This document shows, in pieces, positions 40,301 through 46,967 of a stretch of DNA of 63,759 nucleotides. The stretch comes from Antechinus flavipes (lineage: Eukaryota): assembly GCF_016432865.1 (NCBI RefSeq), contig NC_067401.1, forward strand, positions 481,492,001 to 481,555,759, read 5' to 3'. The translations under genes and the position numbers were made by a program. The notes under the pieces were generated by a model. It ran no database searches. It saw only the letters and a list, made by a program, of their open reading frames with translations, and had not been told where the DNA came from. The first letter of the stretch is position 1. Every line of letters begins with the position of its first letter.

Positions 40301-41127
40301 ACCCCAAAGCTCCTGAAACCTTTTCCTCCTCGCCACTGTTTCGTGTGACCCCAGCAAATGGGTGTAGAAAAGAGTACTACAGATCGTTTTGCCCCTCAGT
40401 GATCTCAGAGGGAGAGTGGGAAAGGTTGCAAACAGGGAAACACTGGGGCAGAGAGAAGAAGGTGGGGAAAACCCCCTCCTATAATCGGGGAATACAAGGA
40501 GCCGTCCCTGCCGGAGCTCCTTAAGCCGTCTCCTCCTCGGGAGCCCTTTCTGTCTAAGGAACTTTTTGGTGACCCCAATATATAAAACGGGCAAAGGAGC
40601 CAGACGTTTACTGAGAGCGAGTCCCCCACGTTCAGGGATGGGGCGGAGACCCACTGTTGGGGGAAGGTGGGAGTGGGAGGCCCTTACCCGCGCGGCCAGG
40701 ACGATTAGGGCGGCAGAGCCGTGGGGGCCTGGGGAAGGCTCCTGGGGAAGCTGCCGGGAGGCGCTGCGGGCCCCAGAGCGGCCCCGGGTCTGAGCAGAGG
40801 CAAGGCCAGCAGCCGCTCTCGGTGAGACCCCCCAGAGGAAGCCTCCTTAGTTTGATCCCCACAGCCCCACATTCCGGCGCGGGGCCTCGGCCCTAGGGGG
40901 CGTGTCATTCACCGCGGGCTCCAGGGACCTGCTGGGCCCGCCTCAGTTTCCCCGCCCTCCCGCCCGGTACCTGGAATGAACTTCTGCCACTTCTGGTCCA
41001 CGTTGTACTTCACACAGTAGTTCCCGCACGGAAAGATGATGATCTGCTCGTCGAAGAAGCAGAGGTTGTTGACGACACCGGCGCGGATCCCGAAGATGTG
41101 CTGGGCCTGGGCTACCACGGCGCTCAT
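356..41127 (-). CDS. CFAP57: Cilia- and flagella-associated protein 57 (WDR65), 17 coding exons, 3' end outside window
   Basis: Spliced translation [13 protein letters not shown]...MKEQIQE follows human CFAP57 (WD40 region then coiled coil) exon by exon as recalled; all junctions GT-AG with matching phases. Confidence 0.97.
840..998 (-). CDS. CFAP57: CFAP57 coding exon 16
   Basis: [10 protein letters not shown]...ETIQDK; 159 nt. Confidence 0.95.
1859..2032 (-). CDS. CFAP57: CFAP57 coding exon 15
   Basis: [11 protein letters not shown]...GIMRKK; 174 nt. Confidence 0.95.
2344..2718. repeat. 37-bp GC-rich minisatellite, about 10 copies
   Basis: Unit GGCCCCGCGTGGGGTCCCTAGAGTCCCCGCCCCCGCT. Confidence 0.95.
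2742..2932 (-). CDS. CFAP57: CFAP57 coding exon 14
   Basis: [10 protein letters not shown]...ASLLEE; 191 nt; weak donor GAG|GTGCCC. Confidence 0.95.
3358..4576 (+). mobile_element. 5'-truncated L1 (end of ORF2 plus 3'UTR) with 12-bp TSD
   Basis: Marsupial L1 3' sequence, A-rich tail, TSD AAAAATGAATCT at 3346-3357 and 4577-4588. Confidence 0.9.
6195..6448. other. Assembly gap
   Basis: N run. Confidence 1.
6692..6785 (-). CDS. CFAP57: CFAP57 coding exon 13
   Basis: [10 protein letters not shown]...RELQDI; 94 nt. Confidence 0.95.
8449..9069 (+). mobile_element. MAR1/MIR-type CORE-SINE split by an LTR
   Basis: tRNA head and core, MAR1-type tail, TSD AAGATAGATTT at 8438-8448 and 9070-9080. Confidence 0.8.
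8612..8981. mobile_element. Solo LTR (370 bp)
   Basis: TGTA...TACA termini; 6-bp TSD GCAAAC at 8606-8611 and 8982-8987. Confidence 0.8.
9953..10108 (-). CDS. CFAP57: CFAP57 coding exon 12
   Basis: [10 protein letters not shown]...LKTKNQ; 156 nt. Confidence 0.95.
10321..10902. repeat. Compound (CA)n/(CACT)n microsatellite spanning an assembly gap
   Basis: Direct reading; N run at 10633-10840. Confidence 0.95.
10633..10840. other. Assembly gap
   Basis: N run. Confidence 1.
11161..11322 (-). CDS. CFAP57: CFAP57 coding exon 11
   Basis: MTITFDDQF...TDMEEK; 162 nt. Confidence 0.95.
11575..11800. repeat. 17-18 bp minisatellite, about 13 copies
   Basis: Unit approximately GGCTGTGCCCC(A/T)TCCCCC. 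Confidence 0.9.
12079..12252 (-). CDS. CFAP57: CFAP57 coding exon 10
   Basis: [10 protein letters not shown]...AGPVTK; 174 nt. Confidence 0.95.
14046..15509 (-). mobile_element. 5'-truncated L1 3' end with 14-bp TSD, containing a solo LTR
   Basis: TSD GATGACCATCTTTC at 14032-14045 and 15510-15523; T-rich tail at left. Confidence 0.9.
14861..15483 (+). mobile_element. Solo LTR (623 bp)
   Basis: TGA...TCA termini, TSD TTAG, TATAAAA at 15134, AATAAA at 15281. Confidence 0.85.
16498..16742 (+). mobile_element. MIR-type SINE
   Basis: tRNA-like head, core CTGTAAAATGGGG, L2-like tail. Confidence 0.7.
16843..17240 (+). mobile_element. LTR-like segment
   Basis: AATAAA followed by duplicated TCTTTGAGCCAACTGTG; TG..CA ends possible; no TSD found. 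Confidence 0.35.
17500..17712 (-). CDS. CFAP57: CFAP57 coding exon 9
   Basis: [12 protein letters not shown]...EIADSS; 213 nt. Confidence 0.95.
19591..19724 (-). mobile_element. WSINE1-like short SINE
   Basis: GGCAATTGGGGTTAAGTGACTTGCCCAGAGTCACAC..GGCCAGATTTGAACTCAGG with T-rich tail. Confidence 0.7.
20140..20335 (-). mobile_element. MAR1/MIR-type SINE
   Basis: GAGTGGTTTGCCATTTCCTC..GAGGAAACTGAGGC core. Confidence 0.7.
21010..22088 (-). mobile_element. Miniature two-LTR retroelement (class II ERV-like)
   Basis: LTRs 21052-21312 and 21795-22088 (TGTTA..TAACA); tRNA-Lys PBS 21775-21792; PPT next to 21312; flanking GGTATG duplication. Confidence 0.85.
23161..23580 (+). mobile_element. LTR-like segment
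   Basis: AGTAAA followed by CTTTGAGCCAAGTGTGT, as in the 17.1-kb segment; ends uncertain. Confidence 0.3.
25338..25388. repeat. (TG)n microsatellite
   Basis: Direct reading. Confidence 0.95.
25523..25636 (-). CDS. CFAP57: CFAP57 coding exon 8
   Basis: [10 protein letters not shown]...KGHTGK; 114 nt. Confidence 0.95.
26297..26462 (-). CDS. CFAP57: CFAP57 coding exon 7
   Basis: [11 protein letters not shown]...IRGCRE; 166 nt. Confidence 0.95.
26745..26884 (-). CDS. CFAP57: CFAP57 coding exon 6
   Basis: [11 protein letters not shown]...IWNYET; 140 nt. Confidence 0.95.
27373..27525 (-). CDS. CFAP57: CFAP57 coding exon 5
   Basis: [10 protein letters not shown]...LTEISK; 153 nt. Confidence 0.95.
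30060..30420 (+). mobile_element. L2 LINE endonuclease-domain remnant
   Basis: Translates to [16 protein letters not shown] and [28 protein letters not shown], matching L2 APE domain motifs as recalled. Confidence 0.65.
30530..33220 (+). mobile_element. Cluster of fragmented L1 ORF2/3'UTR pieces
   Basis: A-rich L1-like sequence with several rearranged fragments; boundaries approximate. Confidence 0.75.
33868..34078 (-). CDS. CFAP57: CFAP57 coding exon 4
   Basis: LIEFPTP...RESREIR; 211 nt. Confidence 0.95.
36518..36804 (-). CDS. CFAP57: CFAP57 coding exon 3
   Basis: [10 protein letters not shown]...VVNESE; 287 nt. Confidence 0.95.
36877..37223. repeat. 85-bp tandem repeat, 4 copies
   Basis: GCAGCCAAGC recurs at 36877, 36962, 37047 and 37132, with a partial unit at 37217. 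Confidence 0.95.
38100..38700 (+). mobile_element. L1 3' end fragment (GC-shifted)
   Basis: Aligns to the L1 copies at about 4050 and 14600; boundaries approximate. Confidence 0.75.
39727..40043 (-). CDS. CFAP57: CFAP57 coding exon 2
   Basis: [10 protein letters not shown]...NNPIYQ; 317 nt. Confidence 0.95.
40971..41127 (-). CDS. CFAP57: CFAP57 coding exon 1
   Basis: MSAVVAQ...QKFIP(G); 157 nt; donor GTACCG; acceptor AG at 41148-41149 implies an upstream non-coding exon. Confidence 0.95.
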
Positions 41128-41494
41128 GGCGTCGCGGGGGGCGGGGGCTGCCGAGGGGGAGAGAGGCACCATGACCCCTGACCTGTGACCCCACCGTGCT
41201 CCCGGACTGGGACCCCCAAGCTTCCCGAGCAGGGCTCCCTCGGCCGCACCCGCCGGCCCTGACCTGTGATCCCACGGGGCCCCATCCAAACCTGGCCTCT
41301 GCCGCCTCTGTCTCCGTCTCTGTCTTTCTCTTTTCCACTCTCTCCTTTTTCTTTGGTTGGGTTTCTCTTAGGGAAACACCTCCGCGTTCCCACGGCAACG
41401 GTAAACAGGAAGAGGCGGACCTTTCTACAGGAAACGGAAGCATCCCGCCGGAAGTGAGAGCAGTGAGGCTCTGGCGGCTTCTGGGCTCGTGGAA
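41128..41494. promoter_or_regulatory. Bidirectional CpG-island promoter region of CFAP57/EBNA1BP2
   Basis: 367 bp between divergent ATGs; X-box GTTCCCACGGCAAC (41386-41399), FOX motif GTAAACA (41401-41407), ETS/GABP CCGGAAGTG (41448-41456). Confidence 0.8.
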
Positions 41495-41578
41495 ATGAAG
41501 CTGAAGGAGGCGGCGATGGCGGCGATGGAGTCAGGCTCGGACTCGGAGACGGACTCAGAGGCGCTCTCGGACGCTGAG
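41495..41578 (+). CDS. EBNA1BP2: EBNA1BP2 exon 1
   Basis: MKLKEAAMAAMESGSDSE...SDAE; three in-frame ATGs (41495, 41516, 41525), true start uncertain. Confidence 0.85.
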
Positions 41579-44500
41579 GTCAGTGCCGCCCGAGACCCAG
41601 CCCTGGCCCCGACCCCATCCCTCTCCCGGCCTGGCCGGCCCTGACTCCGCATTGTGTCTCTACAGCTGCAGGCGGCCTTCGCTCGGGGCGACCTGAAACC
41701 GGGGCTCAACGTGGAGCTCGAGGCGCCGAAACGCAGGCAGAACGACGTGGTGAGTGCGGGTGAGGCTGGGAGAGTTTGGGAGGGGGGCGCGATCTGCGCG
41801 GGGAGGGGGCACGAGCTACGGCTTCACGTGCGGCGCCTGGCCCATGGAGCATGCGCCGTGACGGGGAGAGTTTGCAGGGGGCGGAGCAAGAGCGCGGCGC
41901 GCGGACGAGGTTTGGACGTTGTTGGAGAGCGTGAGGGTGTTTGTGGGCGGGCCGGGAAGGGCGCCTCCGGGAAGCTCACTGCGAGTCCTCCCTAGGCCGG
42001 CCTGAATCAGTGTCTGGCCGAGTTCCGGAAGGACTTGCCGTGGCTGGAGCGGCTGGACGTGACCGTGGGGCCGGCGCCAGAGCTGCCCGCGCCGCAGACG
42101 CCCGAGAAGTCTGGAGCTGTGGACCCCGAGGACGACTTCCGCCGAGAGATGACCTTGTAAGGGGGGGAAGGGGGAGAGGGGAGGAAAGTCCGACCTAGGA
42201 GGGGGCGTGGGAGAGGGGGCGGCCTGACTTGGGGGGGGGAGGGGGGGAGGAAAGTCCGACCTAGGAGGGGGCGTGGGAGAGGGGGCGGCCTGCCTTAGAA
42301 GGGAGGGGGGAGGGGAGGAAAGTCCGACCTAGGAGGGGCGTGGGAGAGGGGGCGGCCTGACTTGGAAGGGGGAGGGGGGGTCAGCAGGCAGCCCGCGGTG
42401 CTGACCCATGTCTGTGGGCCAGCTACCGCCAGGCCCAGGCTGCAGTCCTGGCCGTCCTGCCCCGGCTCCACCAGCACCAGATCCCCACCAAGAGGCCCCA
42501 GGATTACTTCGCAGAGATGGCCAAGTCGGACCAGCAGATGCAGAAGGTGGGTGCCGGCGGCTGGTCTCGGACTGGGGGCAGCATCGGGTGGGAGGTGGCC
42601 GCCCGGGCGCTCACTGGCGTCTGCAGGAGGGAAAGCCGCGGCTGGGACAGCTCCTGCCGGGTGGGAGCAGAATCCCAGCGCTGGGCCCAGCTCCACCTTG
42701 TTAGGGCCCCAGAGTCCTCTTGGGCATCGTGCCCATCCCCCACAGCGGTCACTCACCCTCTGTCTTAGCTCCCGAGTGGGGGGAGCTTTTCTGCTTCTGT
42801 AATCTGGTCTCCTTTGTACTCTTCCCCCCAATCCTGCCCCGGAAGTGTTTCCAGCCGGGACCCCAGAGGTCTCCTTGTGATTGGAGTGCAGCGCCTGATG
42901 GTTTTTCTTCTCCCGGTCCTGGGCAGGGCCTCTCGGTGGCCCCCCTGGGGCTGCCCTCCCCGCCTCGGACTTTTCTCAGGCTTCGGGGCTGTTGGCAGTG
43001 AGGTGGCCCCTTGCTTGCTCAGCTCATTCTCATCTTTTAGGTAACTCGGGTCGGACGAGGTGACGTCTGCAACCCTTACGTGTGGTGCAGACGCCAGTTC
43101 TCAGTGATGGGGGGGGGAGGAAGGTGCAGGGCACGCCGGTACTGGGTGTGATCGGCAGGTTTCTGGGACCCCCTTCTCGGGCAGGTGCCAGGCTCTGAGT
43201 GACTCGGGCTCGGGCCAGGCAGTGAGTTTGTGGCTGCGGCTGACTGGGCGCTCCTTGGGCTTGTGTGCACACGCTTGTGCTCTAGTAACCGTCAGAGGGA
43301 GATGTGCCAAGGCTGGCCTGACCCCGGCCAGGACGAAGCGCCATCAGCTTTTGTATTCCCCGCTGCTTCGTCGGGGCTGGAGGTCCCAAGGCAGGGAGCC
43401 TCCCCACCATCGGCCCGGTCCCGTCTGTCAGCCCGTGGGAGAGCCAGCGATGCTTCCTGGGCTGGTCACTGGGGGGTGTGGCCAGGGCGGAGGGGTGAGC
43501 CTAGGGGGACGCGCTGGGTTTGAGTCCCGGCCTTGTCCCCATCCGGGGGCTCGGTCTGTCACGTTCCCTCTCTGGCCTCCACTTTCCCAGTCCCTCTCTG
43601 AGAGGGCCGTTGTCCCGAGCTCCCAGAAGGCAGGGAGGGTCCTTTGTTGTTCAGTCTTTCCCATCATGTCTGATTCTGTGAGCCACTGGAGGTTTTTCCA
43701 GCAGAAGGAGGGTTTTGTCATTTCCTTCTCCAGTTAACTTTACAGATGAGGAAGCTGAGGCAGTTGGGGTTAAGGAACTTATCCAAGGCCACACAGTGTC
43801 TGAGGCTGGATTTGAACCAGGGCTCTCTGACTCCTGGCGGCCTGAGGTTTCCCTGTTATCTCCTTAGCCACCCCTGGTGCCAGGCCCTTTTGTACTTGGT
43901 GATCAAGGGGTCATTCTCCTTGATCCAAGAAACAAGGAGCATTGGTTTTGTCTGAGCCAGGCAGAAGCCCAAGGGGAGAGTGGCCTGCGCCTGGCTCTCC
44001 CCTCCCCGTCACCCTGACCTTCCGCCCTCGCTCCTCCCCCAGGGAGATCTCTTTGGACCATCTTGAAAAATCTCCTCATCCGCAGGGGTCTCTGGTCCCT
44101 GGCTCCAGCCTTTCCACCCAGTTGTCAAAGTGCTGTTCTTCAAGTCCGGGGCTATCCGTGGCGCGCTCTTCTCTTCAGGAGCCTCTGATGCCCTGTTTGC
44201 TTTTACACAAGGGATCCTCTGGCACTAAATTGTCTCATACTCTGGCCACGTCGTGTTCTGTTTCCAGTGACGTTCTCTGAGCCTCCTCGTGTAGAGCTTA
44301 GCGCAGTACCCGGCACCTAAGTAACGCTTCCTTCCCTCTTCCCTGTTCCCTGTAGCGGGTTTTCCAGCTCCAGCTTCCTTGCCTTTGTACAGGGCGTCCC
44401 CCCCTTCCCATCTTCCCTTGGAACTTCAGACACCGCCCAGGAGCGCTCGTTCTCGAGTTCCAGTTTTTACACGCTCCCCTTGGTCATTTAGTGCTGATGT

Positions 44501-46646
44501 CCCAGGGAGCCTCCGTTTGTTTATTTATCTCAGGATCTGTACCTGTCTCCGTTGCCGAGCTCCGAGCCTGGCAGGTGCAGAGCCGGGACTTTAATAGAAA
44601 TGGAATACGTTTCTTTGTCCGAGCCCTGGGGATCCACCAGTGCCTGGGACCCCTGCCGGTGGGCCCGAGTCAGCGCTGCTAGGTTATGGAAGGCCGCTCT
44701 TCACAGGGGTGTCACGGCTGTGCAGCCACACTCAGGACCCTTGTTTAGAACTTCTCGTCCGTTTTCTCTGGTGCACAGGACGAGGGGTCCCTTCTGTTTC
44801 TGCCTCTCTTGAGCTTCGCTCTGCCTTATGTCCTCCTAGTCCTGGGTCTCCTAGCCTCCTCCTGTTTAGTGCTAAGCTGCCCTCTCCCCTCCTCCACCAG
44901 CCTGCTCCTTTTGGATCTGAGCTGTCTCCCCAGGGCTGGGGTCCCCTCCCACCCCGGCTCAGAGGTGAAGTAAAAAGCGCAGTGAGCAGGCTGCGGCGGG
45001 TCTCTTCTCCCCCTTCGGAGAGGGCCTTTCCAGCCGCACGTAGCCGGGGGAGGGCAGAGACTGTGACCTTTTCGGTATTCCCAGGGCATAGAACGGGGCT
45101 CAACAAATCCTTGTTGGTGTTAGCGGGAGTCTGCTCTCCGGGGCCCTCGCGCTGGCAGACAAGGTGCCAGGGTCGTCGCGCCATTGGCTCCAGGGTTTCC
45201 TCTCTCGGCCCCTTCTAGATTCGACAGAAACTGCAAACAAAACAGGCTGCCATGGAGAAGTCGGAAAAGGCCAAGCAGCTGCGGGCGCTCCGGAAGTACG
45301 GCAAGAAGGTGAGGCAGAAAGGGGATGGGGCCGGTCAGGGCCTGGCTCGGACAGCTGGGGTGGGGCCCAGCCATGGCCTTCTCCCCACTGCTACTTCCTG
45401 ATGTTGCTGGAGAAGCCGTTTTCTCTGTGTCCCACAGGGGCTGGAGAAGAGGGCCAGCCGGAAGCCCAGCCTTGGGATTGGCCTGGGGGGGGGGGGGGGC
45501 GGCCCCCGGGTCCCTTGGTTCCTTATTCATGCCCTGGGCCTTGGGTCCGTCCCGGGGCCGGGTGGCTGTATGCAGTTAACCAGCACAGGGGGAGCTTCTG
45601 GACTAGCCTGGCTCTGTCTCTTGTAGGTTCAAACCGAGATCCTTCAGAAGAGGCAGCAGGAGAAGTCCAAGATGATGACGGCCATCAAGAAGTACCAGAA
45701 AGGTGGGCACAGACTTGGGGGGGGGCGGTTAAGGGGGTGATCCTGCCTTGGGCCGCTTCGCGGTGCCAGCTCTTCTCCTGGCACGCAGCCCTGCTCAGCC
45801 AGTCACTCTCCCCACGTAGGCTTCTCCGACAGACTGGACTTCCTCGAGGGAGATGGGCGGTCACACTCTCGGGCTGAGAAGGACGGTGCCAAAGCCCAGC
45901 AGATGAAGAAGGGGTGAGGCTGCATTTTCTCCTGCTTTGGGGCTGCTTTAAGGCCTGGGGGGGTGGGGGGGACGGGGGCGAGCTTTGATTGGGTGCCTGC
46001 TACATGCCAGGCCTTGTGCCAAGTGGTTTACACGTGATCAGATTTGTTCTTAATTCTGGTGATGGCTCTTAATTCCATTTTGCTGTTGAAGACCCTGGGG
46101 TTGTGACTTGCTGAAGGGTCACACAGCTGGGAAGTAATTGAACTTTGAGACCAGATTGGTGTCCAGCTGGCCCTGGGCTCAGAGATCCCCTGGGCCCCCA
46201 AGAAGCCCATCAGGGGCAGAAGCTGTGGGTCAGCTGGTCTGTTAATCAGCAAGCAGTCTTGGAGGATAGGGCCTGGAAGGACCTTGAAGCCTCAGGAGAC
46301 AAGGCCTTGAAGGGAGACCGTGCTTGATTTCAGGCCCAGTGCCAAGCGTCGGTACAAAAACCAGAAGTTTGGTTTTGGTGGAAGGAAGAAAGGATCCAAG
46401 AGGAACACTAAGGAGAGCTACGATGACGTGTCAGGCTTCCGGGCCCGGACCGCCCATGGCAAGGGCCCTCACAAGATGGGCAAGAAGCTGGCCAATGTGA
46501 GTGCACCTGGAGGCCTGGGCTCCCAGTGGGAGGGGAAGGGCAGCAGCAGAACATGTCAGACTCGGGATGTCATAATATCTATTTTATTTTTTTAGAAGAG
46601 ACCTGGAAAACGGGCAAGAGAGAAAATGAAAAACCGAGCACGCTAA
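41495..46646 (+). CDS. EBNA1BP2: EBNA1-binding protein 2 (rRNA processing protein EBP2), complete, 9 exons, about 308 aa from first ATG
   Basis: Spliced ORF of 927 nt with EBP2 motifs DPEDDFRREMTFYRQAQAAV, KRPQDYFAEMAKSD, KNQKFGFGGRKKG; TAA at 46644-46646. Confidence 0.97.
41666..41749 (+). CDS. EBNA1BP2: EBNA1BP2 exon 2
   Basis: LQAAFARGDLKPGLNVEL...QNDV; 84 nt. Confidence 0.95.
41996..42156 (+). CDS. EBNA1BP2: EBNA1BP2 exon 3
   Basis: AGLNQCLAEF...FRREMT; 161 nt. Confidence 0.95.
42161..42380. repeat. About 67-bp G-rich tandem repeat, 3 copies, in EBNA1BP2 intron 3
   Basis: GGAGGAAAGTCCGACCTAGGAGGGGGCGTGGGAGAGGGGGCGGCCTG recurs 3 times. Confidence 0.9.
42423..42546 (+). CDS. EBNA1BP2: EBNA1BP2 exon 4
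   Basis: YRQAQAAVL...DQQMQK; 124 nt. Confidence 0.95.
45219..45308 (+). CDS. EBNA1BP2: EBNA1BP2 exon 5
   Basis: IRQKLQTKQ...RKYGKK; 90 nt. Confidence 0.95.
45627..45702 (+). CDS. EBNA1BP2: EBNA1BP2 exon 6
   Basis: VQTEILQKRQQEK...KKYQK; 76 nt. Confidence 0.95.
45820..45913 (+). CDS. EBNA1BP2: EBNA1BP2 exon 7
   Basis: FSDRLDFLEGD...QQMKK; 94 nt. Confidence 0.95.
46334..46496 (+). CDS. EBNA1BP2: EBNA1BP2 exon 8
   Basis: PSAKRRYKNQKFGFGG...KKLAN; 163 nt. Confidence 0.95.
46583..46588 (-). terminator. Candidate CFAP144 polyA signal
   Basis: First canonical minus-strand AATAAA after the stop; a variant TATAAA lies at 46656-46661. Confidence 0.5.
46596..46646 (+). CDS. EBNA1BP2: EBNA1BP2 exon 9 (last coding)
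   Basis: KRPGKRAREKMKNRAR*. Confidence 0.95.
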   Translation, partial: KRPGKRAREKMKNRAR

Positions 46647-46856
46647 GCAACGCCTTTTATACAGAGGACACAGGCTCGAGCCACAACCATCTCTTGGCTG
46701 CCTTTGCTTTCTGAGTTACGGGGTGGGGGGGTATGAGCCACCCCTGTGGTGCTGGCTGGAGGGGGGCTAAGGAGGGAGGGTGGGGCAAAAAGGGCTTGGG
46801 TGCTTCAGAGGATTGGGGTGTGGCCCAAGCACTGGAGCCGAGCGTCCCTGGCCCTG

Positions 46857-46967
46857 CTACTTCGAGCTCTGCTTGGCCTTTAGGCGCCAGAACTCTGCCA
46901 TGTACTTCGTGATGTCCTGGTAGGTGCGGAAAAAATTGATCCTCTTGTCTCCGCGCTCGCTAGGAAT
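46857..46967 (-). CDS. CFAP144: CFAP144 exon 4
   Basis: [36 protein letters not shown]. Confidence 0.92.
   Translation of the reverse strand: MPSERGDKRINFFRTYQDITKYMAEFWRLKAKQSSK

Larger units (their letters stand above)
39400..42700. other. CpG island
   Basis: Dense CpG and high GC by inspection; boundaries approximate. Confidence 0.75.

Noticed and set aside
43064-43093. Hairpin CGTCTGCA..TGCAGACG as an intronic ncRNA
   Set aside because: Only an 8-bp stem, with no snoRNA boxes or miRNA-length pairing.
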